From positions 86,738,001 through 86,802,000 of the forward strand of contig NC_043000.1 in NCBI RefSeq assembly GCF_006345805.1: 64,000 bases of DNA, given 5' to 3'. The notes under the pieces are model-generated. The model was not told the DNA's origin. It did no database searches and saw only the letters and a program-made list of their open reading frames with translations. The DNA comes from Octopus sinensis. Lineage: Eukaryota. Shown here piece by piece: positions 41,101-52,843 of the stretch. The number at the start of each line of letters is the position of its first letter. The stretch's first letter is position 1. Both the position numbers and the translations under genes were made by a program.

Positions 41101-44100
41101 ATTAGTTTTCTCCCTGAACATCTATTTCTTTAGAAGAGCTTTGAGAGCATAAATCTTAAAGTTCATCTGTAGAAGCCATGCCTTGGCTTAAATTTTGTGG
41201 ATTAAACCAGGTGTTTGGCAAAAATAAAAATTGATCTGATTCTTGTTGAATTGTATGGACTCCAGTTCTCTATGGAGAAAAATAACCAACTACTATTCCT
41301 TGACAGACTGATGTTGGGTATCATGATTATGTGTGTGTTGAAAATCAATAGCTGCCAGACTTTTGCCTAAATTATGAGTTTTATCATCCCTATTGTGTTT
41401 GTATAAGAAGTTATTAGATGCTTGCAACATTCAGTAATGGCCATCTGCATTCAATATAATAGCTTATAAACTAGAATTCTGACACCTAAATAATCTATTC
41501 CTGGAGAATTGATATCTTCTGTATGATAGTTGCATTTAGTTTTATAGAAAGACAAAACATAAATAATTTGTAAACAATATATTGGAACAGTATTAAAAAG
41601 TGACATTACACGCCACAAATCTTGTACTGGTTGAAAGTTGTTCCAGAAGATAGACAAATTTAAAGAATTACATTTTCAAAAGGTCTTTCAAAAAAGTAAA
41701 TAAGATGGCATGAAGATCAGAACCTCACAAAACTTTGATCATTGAAGAAGAATTAAGTAATAAATGGCAGAGAATAAATTGTGTGAAAATGAAAACCTCA
41801 TGCTCCACAAGTCACATACACAAGTTAATTGAAACATGGGTTTAGAAAATTTGGTAGGCACACACGCACACACATGGTATCCAGCTGGAGAAATCAAACC
41901 AAAACTGAGACAGTAGAGTAAGATGTGCTCTACCAGCATGCAAAGTAGATTTAAAATGATGATATATATATATATATATATCATTAAGAAGCTAATCAAC
42001 ATTTTCAGCATATATTTGAATAAAATACATTTTACTCAATTTGACACACTTCTGTCCCTTGTGAGAGCAGCATAGACAAAACATTGAAATACTAAGTAAC
42101 TTTGCTAAGGATTTTGTGTGTGTACATGAGGAAATAAAGGATTTAACAAGGATCAACAAATTAAGCAGTGGAGGTATAGTGTACAGGAAGACAGCTGATA
42201 TAAAGATAATAGTGTGCATAATTTTTTTCTGCTTGACTATTTTACCCTTTTTAAAAAAAATATGGATATTTATTCAACTTGATCTGGACCCAAAAGATTT
42301 TTCCTGAGTTTAGGAAACTTGACCGAAGTAATCATTTCCTAATATAGCTGATGAAGAAGAATTCCGGTAGGAAGGAAATTGTCTCCAAATCAAATGTATC
42401 ATTCATAAAAACATTTCCAAAAGATAAATTCAGATCAAAAACATGGGAATCTGTTCCCAATCTTCAATTATGGCTTTAATTGCTTATATATTCTACTTAT
42501 TTAGAACTTTTAACAGTTTAAACATTGATTTATTAGTTAAATACCACATACAAGAATATTAATTTTCAGCCAACTTTCAACAAGCTTTCCAAAGGAGGTT
42601 AACAAAATCGTTACCAAACAAACTCATTACCAAAGTTTTACATATTTTTTTCATTTAAATGATGTTTTTCTTCCAATTTTTTAGATTTTTATTTTATACT
42701 AGTTATATTGTATCTTTATCTTTCTTTACAGCTCCACACCATTTACTCCCACCTACCCTGTTATAATTTGGAGTAGGCATATATCTTCTCTACAACAACA
42801 ATTTTGTGCCTATCCTTTCTGTCTTTAATCTTTCAATCTCAAGCATAAAGCCTTTTCCTTCTCTGTTCTTTTAGTCTTACAAGTTACATGGCAACCTCAC
42901 TAATTATGATGCCATGAAAAAAGTACCTTATACACTCTATACAGAGGCTGGTATTAAGAAGGGCATCTAGCTGCAGAAACCATGCCAAAACTGAGACATT
43001 GCAACAAGATGTCATACTTAAACTCTTTGAATACTGTTTAACTGTTCTCAGATGTAAAATGAAGATGGTGACTAGTTACATTGCATAAAGTGTGCCTTTC
43101 TCTAGAGAAAACATGTCCTTATAAATACTATTATAAAGTAACAATAGTACAAATTTCACAATCATTTTCTTGAAAACACAAACATTCAAAGCACATATTA
43201 TTATAGCCATCCAAGTATGGTGCAATGCTTTCTTGATTTTCCCTTAAATAACATTTACATAGGGCTAATTTTATTCTCTTACCAATGAGTGTAGTACATA
43301 ATTATTAACATTTGCATACATGAAAATATAGTTGTACCTGTCAAATACCTTAAAATTAAGTGAATATATTTTTCAGTTTGACATATATATTAACCTAATT
43401 TTAAAATTAAGGTTTTTCAGAGGGGGGAATATTTTTTTTCTAGTAGTGTATGAGGTATCAGAAACATCTTGATGTTGATAGAGTGAGCTGTTGTAGTTTT
43501 ACATTCCTGTCTTAGAATATGAAATTTAAGATTTCTAGGCAAGAACCACAATACTATTTGTATTTATAATGTAAGCAAAGTGAACTGGTTACAACCAAGA
43601 ATTAAAATGAAGCAAACTTTCATCACAGTTAACTTACCTCTGCACCACAGTGTTTATCTATAAAATTAAACTTGGATCTAATGGAAGCTTGATGCTTGAT
43701 CTCTGTAATTTGACAATGAGGATTCAGTCATTCGATCAACTGAATTAGCTCCTCCTAAATTAATAAGTGACAGAGTATTCTACATACACCTTTAACATAA
43801 TTCTCAGGCAGAATCAACATGACACCATGTATTGTTGTATGGGTGTACTTTTAAATTACTGATACAATCCATCCAACAGGTGTCTTTACAGTTTCTATCA
43901 ACCCAATTTTGCTTACAAGGTATAAGTCAACCCAATCCTATAAAAAAAATGACATTTTCCCAAGATGCTACTATATAATGGGATCAAGCCTGTGGCCACA
44001 GTTGTGAAGTAAAACTTTTAACCAATCATTCACACTCCAACTATGAGAGCTTAGTATTGGAATGTAATAAACAGCCATGCAGTATCTTTGTTGCTTAAAA

Positions 44101-45761
44101 CAGTAAGTTTTGCCTTCCCATGGCACATTTTACAACTATGTGGACAGGATCGACATTGCCCAGGGCACAGCATAACAGTCATTACAGGATAGGATTCAGA
44201 TAACCCTTTGGCATCTAGATGACTGTTCTAATAGCTTGTTTTTTTTATCATAACTTTATAGTTGTTATGTCTTAGCATGAAGGTAAGAATATCCTTTAAA
44301 AAAAATGCTTTGAATCATTTATTTGTGCAGCTGGCTGCAGTTACATAGCATACTTAAAGATAAAAAATATATATTCAGTGTATTCTCCATGGCTCTCTTA
44401 TCAATTAGAGACTTGACACTAAACATTAGTTTGTAAATGAAGCATTTGTTAAACCACTAAGGCATATAAGGTTCAAATAAATTCTTTATTTAATTTTGCC
44501 CAAATTACCCACCAGTCAAATTATATTTAATATTAATAGTTTAAAGTTTTAACATATGTTTAAAATTTAGTCAAGTAATTCTTCAAAACTTAATCAAGTA
44601 GTTCCTTAAAAGTGGAAATTCTTATATCCTACTTAACCTGGCTATATTGTTAGAGTGCCATATTACTGCATTATTCACCTTGAGAGATTCTCTCATATAG
44701 GCATAAAGTGCTTAGAGGTACAAACATATTGTTAGCAGACGATGATGTGGCGGAACATGTTAGCAGATATGGGTGATCACATGAATTCAGCATATCAGCA
44801 TTTCTTCAGTTGCTGGCATCCACTCACCACATGTCAGGCAAAAGGAAAGGAATATTTTTAATATATTGAAGAACAAGAGAAATAACTTGTTTATAAAACC
44901 CACATGCCTTCTACACTTGCAAAATTGCTAATTAAATCAATTTTAAATGTTTGCTTTTCTGCAAAAGGAACTTAAATACTGCTGTCATTAAATATTTTGG
45001 ATCTATCAGCATTATTTATTACATTTCATACAGATTGTTGCATTTTCAAGTACAGTATAACAAATCATATCTTATTTTCACATATAAAGAATTAGAAGTA
45101 AAGATTAAAAATTACAGCTCTTATACCTTCTTGTTCAGTATATTTATTTTTAAAAACAGTTTTGTTTTAAGTTATTTCAGCAAGAGCCAAGGTTTCCTTT
45201 ACCAACAATGAAATAATTAAATAAGATTGAGAGCAATATTCTTTGAAATAGTTAAATATAAGTTATGTACCTTTCTTAAGAATACATCTTAATACATTCT
45301 TCAGCTACCCAGCTAGCTTATGACTTCCTAACTCTTAGACCAATGGTTTTACCCCCCCCACACACACACTTTTTTTTGTAGAGCTCCTTTTTTAAGTTGT
45401 TATGCCTAACACCTACCTAGATGGCAAGTCAGGTATCATGACAAAACTAATTTAACATGGGGGTTAATTTATAAATTTTACTCAAAAAAATGGATTGTTG
45501 AGAATCTCTGCCTTAGACCAATACTTCATATTCCCGCAAATGTTAGCTATAATATTTCTTAATTAGCATACTAATTAAATACATCAGAACTGTTTAATTG
45601 TTGTCTCTCTTTGATTTATAAACAGAAATATGATTGACTTACTAGTTATGTTTTCACAAATTGTTACAAACTGAACTTCTAAGAGCATAAATGTAATTCT
45701 CTGGTTCTAGTATGATCTTTATAATTCTATCCACTGTAAATTATTTGTATTTAACTGTAAA

Positions 45762-45784
45762 CTTTTCTTACTCTTTTACAGCAG
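45762..45784 (+). promoter_or_regulatory. 3' splice site of exon B with tandem CAGCAG (NAGNAG) acceptors
   Basis: CTTTTCTTACTCTTTTA-CAG-CAG; both AGs (ending 45781 and 45784) keep phase 1. Confidence 0.8.
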
Positions 45785-45999
45785 AATTACGAGAATGGGT
45801 TTTGGTCATTCTTGGCACAAAGGAACATCCTCGACATCGTAATGTTACTCCAGAAACATCACGCATGAATCAGCAATTTCAGTCTGTATATACTTGTGCT
45901 GGTGAATCTCCTAGCAGTAGGGTCTGCATAGGTTTGTGGATATTCACTTATATTATAGTTTGTACTAGATTTTCCACATTTTACATTCCACTTCTCTGA
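45782..45999 (+). CDS. furin: Alternative 3' coding exon B of a furin/kexin-like proprotein convertase (end of P domain + hydrophobic C-terminus)
   Basis: Pyrimidine tract CTTTTCTTACTCTTTTACAG ends at 45781. Phase-1 frame reads xELREWVLVILGTKEHPRHRNVTPETSRMNQQFQSVYTCAGESPSSRVCIGLWIFTYIIVCTRFSTFYIPLL*. The start closely resembles the PACE4/PC5-type KLKEWSLILYGTAEHP strand (recalled). A weaker donor TG|GTGAAT follows 45901. Confidence 0.82.
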
Positions 46000-46630
46000 T
46001 TGACACTGATGAGTAAAAGACAACAGTTAATGATTTTTTTTTTTTTTACCTTGTACACAAGTGAAATTTTGCTCTAATTGCTATATCCAAGTCCTTTTTT
46101 TAAAAGAATAGGAAATTCCATTTTAAAGTATTTCCAGGATATTGTTATGTGCAATATTCACCTTAAGATTTTCTAAGTGGTAAATTTGCTGACACCATTG
46201 ATATAATGGTAGAGAAAATCTTTTCTTTTTTTTTTTTAGGGAGGGGGGATTCCTGTTATCTGGGGGTTTTTTTTTTCTCCATAAAACTTGTTAGCTGTCA
46301 TTGTATATTGTATATATTCCAAAGCATTGGCTTAAAAGAAGAACAGAAAACATATCAATTGAAAAAAAAAAAAACAACAAAGTAAGTCTTGTGATACATG
46401 TATATTCTTGCATATATATTTATTTTGAGGCAGGAAGATTCTATATTGGATACTGTTAAGAACTTGTGAATACTGAATGCCAATATAATGGTCTTTCCAT
46501 TTAACTACTTGGACAGCAAACAGGTCAATAAACAAAGAAATTGGTGATATTGCGAAAACAAAAACCTGCTTTGTGTAACATTACACAAATGTTTTAAAAA
46601 TTGACAATTTAGTTAACATTTTATAATTTT

Positions 46631-46636
46631 AATAAA
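46631..46636 (+). terminator. Candidate polyadenylation signal after exon B
   Basis: AATAAA followed by U-rich tracts, just before repeat-rich sequence resumes; another AATAAA at 46527-46532. Confidence 0.35.
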
Positions 46637-47906
46637 TTTCTTTTAAAGTTCATCGAATTTTTTTCTATTTAAATTCCCCACACACACAGACACCTCCAAA
46701 TACAATTACAAATTTAAAGAAACTGAATTACCTCATCAAAATTACTGGAAAACAAAGCAGTCTAATTCTTTTAACAATAGTAATGATCGCAATAAGGATT
46801 TCTTCCTTAGGCACAAGGCCAAATTTATGGGGGACAATTGAATTTACCTAACAGTGTTACTTGGTGCTGCTTTTATCAAAATTCACATATATGAAAAGTA
46901 AATTCACTCCCTTACTAAGACTTGCAGTTACAATGATGAGGTAGTGAATTAAATATCAAACAAATTAATCTTTTTTTGATATTATTATTTTCATTTTTTA
47001 TTATTTGCATTTGTACCAGTTCCATTATCCTAAGAAAATAGCAACAACACACATTAACAGTTTTTTTTTGACTCGGTACAAAGTCAGTTTCTGTTTGTGA
47101 CAGGGCATATCAATTCAATTTACATTTAAAATTATTACTTGAAGTTATTTACCCAATCTGGATGCATGAAGTGCAAGGCTGGCCTCCATTGAAATGTGAG
47201 TTTTAAACTGTGATGGCCAAAACTAGATAATGTAAATCAAGTGAACTGGCTATCTACTCAACAACTTAATAATGATTTTAAGGTGTTGTTATGAATATTT
47301 GTAGCTGAAGAACACCTCTCTTTCCATCAGCCTCTGTAAATCAATCAAAAGTGACAAGTCTTTAAAGATAACCACTTCATAGAAGTAATGAGCTAAATTG
47401 TCAGTTAGTTCAGCCACCTACTCTGAAGATATGAAAGAGAATGTATAAAGTAACAACCTGAATTGTCAGTTAGTACAGCCACCTAGAAAGTACAAGGCAG
47501 AAGAAAGAAGAGGAAAAAAACAGGTAACTGACTTGTGGTCACTTGATCTGATAAAAATAGCTGCCAAATCTCCTAAATTGCACCCTGCCTATAGTTCTAA
47601 AGGTTATACTGAACAATATTGTTCTTGATATAGAGATGACAGGGTTGTCATGACTGAATCACCTTTCATCATAGTTGTCTTTGATTATGACTGATCTGGG
47701 AATACACAAGAACAAAATTTGAGTCAATAAAGTTAAACTTCTGTCCAGGTCTGACAAGATATGGCAGCCAAATTTTCCCTAAATCATACCGTACCATCTT
47801 AAATAGGAAAGGATACATTGGAAAATGTAGTCCTATATTTCAGATAAGTTAATTGATATATCTATTACATTATATATATTAGTGTGTGAATATATATGTG
47901 TGTGTG

Positions 47907-48252
47907 TGTGCGGTAAGACGCTTGCTTCCCAACCACATGGTTCCAGGTTAAGTCTCACTGCTTGGCACTTTGGGCAAGTGCTTCTACTATAGCCTTGGGC
48001 TGACCAAAGCTTTATGAATGGATTTGGTAGGCAGAAACTGAAAGAAGCCCATTATATATATATGTATGTATATATATATATATATATATGTATATTTGTG
48101 TATACGTTTGTTCCCCCATAACTTAGCAGTTCGGCAAAGGGACCGATAGAATAAGTTCTAGGCTTACAAAGAATAAGTCCGGGGGGGGGGTGATCTGTTT
48201 GACTAAAGACGGTGCTCCAGCATGGCCACAGTTAAATGACAAACAAGTAAAG
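47907..48252 (+). mobile_element. SINE with internal microsatellite (49509 family)
   Basis: Colinear with 49509-49910, including the tail GGTGCTCCAGCATGGCCACAG...AAACAAGTAAA. Confidence 0.88.
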
Positions 48253-48261
48253 GTGTTTATT

Positions 48262-48292
<31 letters not shown>

Positions 48293-49508
48293 TTATATAT
48301 ATATATATATATACACATACATACATAGACATGCAAATACACACACACACACGCACATTATATTATATATATTACATTATATATATTTTATACTATATAT
48401 ATTATATAGATATATGTGTATGTGTATAAAGGTATATTTTTATTAAAATAACTTGTAGAAAACTACTTACAGAGCAATGATTCTCTTAGTAATAATAATT
48501 CATTTAAAGCATAGTTATTAAAAGCATGTGTATTCCTAATAATAAATACTACAGACCTAAATATAATCCTACCAGTATGAATTTTTGCAGTTGACATTTA
48601 CATTTCACTATTACTGCAAATGGAGCAATTAAACTTTTAATAAATATTCATGTGATATTTTGTGACAGCTACAAGAACTTTTAGCTTGTCAATGATTCAA
48701 TCAGTGGACTTGGTCTTAACTCTGTTAAAAACTGTATGGCTCCAAACATAATTCTCCCATCAAATATCATTGGAAGTATATTGAGGAGCTACAGTTACAA
48801 TTTAAGCCAGACTCTCAATACAAATGCAATGTTCAGAAATAGTATCTTTTACATATTTTATAAATGATTTCCAACATTTTATCATGAATAGAGATTACTG
48901 AAGCATTTTAAAATGCCAAAATCTTTTACAGCCCTACTTCTAAAATTAAAACATTAAGATTCCATGACTAGTGATGTAAACTGCATATTTCTTATATGTA
49001 TCTATCTATAGATGTGTGTATAATATATACAAATGTACATATATATATATATATATATTGACATGCAAATATCAATATATACATACACACACACACATGC
49101 ATATTGACAGTGACTTCAAAGTTTTGCTCTTAATTGGCCTATCTGACAGCCTGATTACACCAACTGTTGGCAAACTACAAAGAACTGTCAAAAAAATTAT
49201 CAAAAATATCTATGTTTGTTGTGAGTCCCTTAATTATTGATCACAGCAGTTTTTATGGTTGTAAAAACATCCTTCAAATATACGTATACTTTAAGGACTC
49301 CATGTAAATGTGTAGTCTATTTTTATTTAAATGAAAAGTTGAATATGACTTTCAAGTTTTGTGACAGAAGCTCCTCAAAGAGTGGAGTAACAAAAAACCT
49401 GGAAGATACAATGTGTTAGATGCAATGTGTGTATGGGGATTGGATATTATATGGCTGATATATATGTTTATATGTATACATATATATTTGTGTATGTATT
49501 TATATATA

Positions 49509-49667
49509 GGCACAGGAATGACTGTAGTAAGAAGCTTGCTTCCCAACCACATGATTCTGAGTTCAGTCCCACTGCATGGCACCTTGGGCAAGTGTCACCT
49601 TCTATAACCTCAGGCTGACCGAAGCTTTGTGAGTAGAATTGGTAGACGGAAACTGAAAGAAGCCCGT

Positions 49668-49700
<33 letters not shown>

Positions 49701-49910
49701 ATTTGTGTGTATGTTTGTCCTTCCACCATTGCTTGACAACTGATGTTAGTGTGTTTATGTTCCCCGTAACTTAGCAGTTCAGTAAAAGAGAACGATACAA
49801 TAAATACTAGGCTTACAAAGAAAAATAAATCCTGGGTCAATTTGCTCGACTAAAGGCAGTGCTCCAGCATGGCTGCAGTCAAATGACTAAAACAAGTAAA
49901 AGAATAAAAG
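49509..49910 (+). mobile_element. Near full-length dominant SINE with internal (TA)(TG)n
   Basis: tRNA-like head, CORE-like CCTTGGGCAAGTGTC, internal microsatellite and A-rich tail; many fragments elsewhere in the window. Confidence 0.9.
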
Positions 49911-50028
49911 TATATATTTGCAATGTATATATGTTTGCAAATGTGCATATGTATATGTGTATTTGTTTACATATATGTGTGTATGCACATATGTTTGTGT
50001 TTATAAATAGGTATATATCTGTGTGTAT

Positions 50029-50063
<35 letters not shown>

Positions 50064-50788
50064 TTTATGTATGTTTATAAAATGTATATATGTGTGAATT
50101 TGCATGTATAGATGTATGTACATATATTTTTCATGGCTACTTATGCTGACATAAGCTGGATGGGTTGTTACAGTCAAGTTGCTTCTCATTGGGAGATTCT
50201 GCTCCAAAGGGCTATATACTCAAACAAATCATTTGGTTTGTCTTCTACCACTGGATGTCCTTCCTTATGCCAAATACTATGCAGAGTAGGTGTGTAGCAG
50301 GTTACCTTGTGCACAATAAATGTAAATTTAGAAAGGAAACTATGATGGTAGAAAGGCCTGAAATACGCATTTTAGAGGTGAAGAATGGGGGTGTTAATAT
50401 AGGTATAGTGAGTACTCCATAAATTAAAATGTGTACATTTGAATAAGTGACCAATGACATCAGAATAGGTGGAGGATGGTTGTAACATTTCACTGTTATT
50501 ACAAATGTTGACATTTTTTGCCAGTTTCCCATGTAACCATTGATACCCAGTTTCTTGTTTGATAGACTGTGAGGTTATTACCTCACTTAGTAACAGGTGA
50601 GGGTTAGTATTAAGAAGTGCATCCAGCCATAGAAATTTATCCCCTAACATAGTTTCATCTGACCCATACAAGCATAGAAAACTAGATGTCAACATCAATG
50701 ATGATGATGATTCATGTACATGTGAGTATTAGTGTGTGCATATATATATAAATATATGTGTGTGTGTATGTATGTATGTATGTATGTA

Positions 50789-50861
<73 letters not shown>

Positions 50862-51457
50862 GCACACACACATGTGCACATACGTTAATAATGAAGAAAT
50901 AAGAATGAAATGTCAACACTGCATTGGTGGATAAATATTATTTATTTGTGGGTTAACCAGACTACCGCTACCCAGAAATAAAGTGTGTGTGTGAGAGAGA
51001 GAGAGAGTGAATGAAGAACAGCAGAAAACAAAATCAGTGGTATTTCAAAATGCTCATTCCTCTTATAGCTGTTAATAACACTTATGTTGCATCATAATAA
51101 TAGTCATATATGATTATAATGTAATTATATAGAACATAAGAATCACATTATCAAGAATTTTAAAAACATAATTTACAAACTTCAAAGCATCTCTTATAAT
51201 AGGTTAGAGAATCAAGAACAGAAGTGCAAAAGAAACTCAGAATAGAAGGGATGGGTGGAAGCAGGAAGAAATAAAATATAGGAAGTAAAAAAATAAAATA
51301 GAATAAAGATAATAAAGCAATAGTAATAATGCCAGAAAATGAGGAAATAATCAGTAGGAAAGTAGCCTCTGAAATTGGTCTCTAAATGAATAAGGACTAT
51401 AAGTTATTGCAGCCTTCACAATAGTGCCTGACTCTATTACTTAAGCTGCATGAGTGA

Positions 51458-51535
51458 CAGTGGGTTTAACTGTATTAAATGTTAAACTTTAAACTGTACT
51501 AAACTTTAATGTTTATGATAGTTAAACATCTACTG
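51458..51535 (+). ncRNA. Candidate pre-miRNA-like or structured RNA hairpin
   Basis: About 33-bp stem with 3 mismatches and one 2-nt bulge, short loop; the G-U pairs form only on the + strand. Confidence 0.3.
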
Positions 51536-51859
51536 AACATCCATTTTATTTTCTATTTATTTTTTCTAATTTTATTTCATTTCATAGGAGAAAAAGTAAT
51601 AAGTACTATCTGTAAAGGGGCTGGGATTAACAAAGGTATTGAGATATAGAAACAATGCCAAAACAGAGATATTGGAGTATAACATGTTCTTCCGATTTGC
51701 CAAATCCTGGTCAGGCTGTCCAACCAATGCCAGCATGAAGTGGAGGTATAAAATGATGCTGATAGTCGTGATGATATGTGTAGTGTGTGTGTGTGTGTAT
51801 GTGCGTAAATATGTTTTTATATATACACACACATTTGTATCTATGTGTGTGTGTATGTG

Positions 51860-51894
<35 letters not shown>

Positions 51895-52778
51895 TCCTAT
51901 ATGTTTATGTGTAAGCACATATGCAGTCATGTTCCCTTTTACATACACACACACCAACACAAAGTCACACATGTACACACAAACATATATATAAAATAGG
52001 GATTATGTATATGTAAGTTGTTTTTAATGTATTAATCAATGAGAATAGTGGAGTAATTCTTTACTATGCATATTTTTTTTTAAATGGTTGCTTGTATTTT
52101 CAAAACATTCCACATTATCTGTTAACAAGAGATTAAAAAAAATGAATCTATGAATTAGAAAACAAAAAAAAACCTCAACTGGAAAGAAATTCTTTCAGTT
52201 ATTATTTTTTTTTCTGTAATAAAATATATATATTTGTTGCCTTATATATTTTTTGTAGTTATAAAATATATGTTTGTACTAGCTTCAACTTTGCAAATAC
52301 ATTTAGAAAAGAGAATATTTGAAAATAATTTGCAAGTTTATAATCTACTTGCAAAAAAAGATTTTTTGATACCAAACTCCGTTTTTATCTTTTTCTTTCT
52401 CCCTTTATTTCATATGCTGTATATTTGAAATATCCATCCAAATTTACCATCACACCAAATGAAAATTATGTATTATCTTAAAACATCCTTTATCACTTTT
52501 AATCTTTTGTTACCAATATTTCTGTTGAAATACACTGCCTTTGTTTCAAATAATTTTGAAAATAATGAAGAATTTAGTAAAATAATTTTGTCATTATTAT
52601 GTTGGTGTTTGAAACATAAATCTAACAGAAAACTTTTGATGGAAACTTTTAATTTAGATTACTTTAAAACAGTAAGTTTGTGTCATAAACTTAGGGGTGG
52701 TCTTAGGCTGGCTGGTAATTGATATCAAAAGGGTTTATACAGATTTCCTTTCAAGTTTGTAAGTAATACATTGTATGA

Positions 52779-52843
<65 letters not shown>

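Noticed and set aside
44650-44850. GC-richer block reading ILLADDDVAEHV
   Set aside because: A stop follows quickly; at best an RT (YADD) relic, too degenerate to call.
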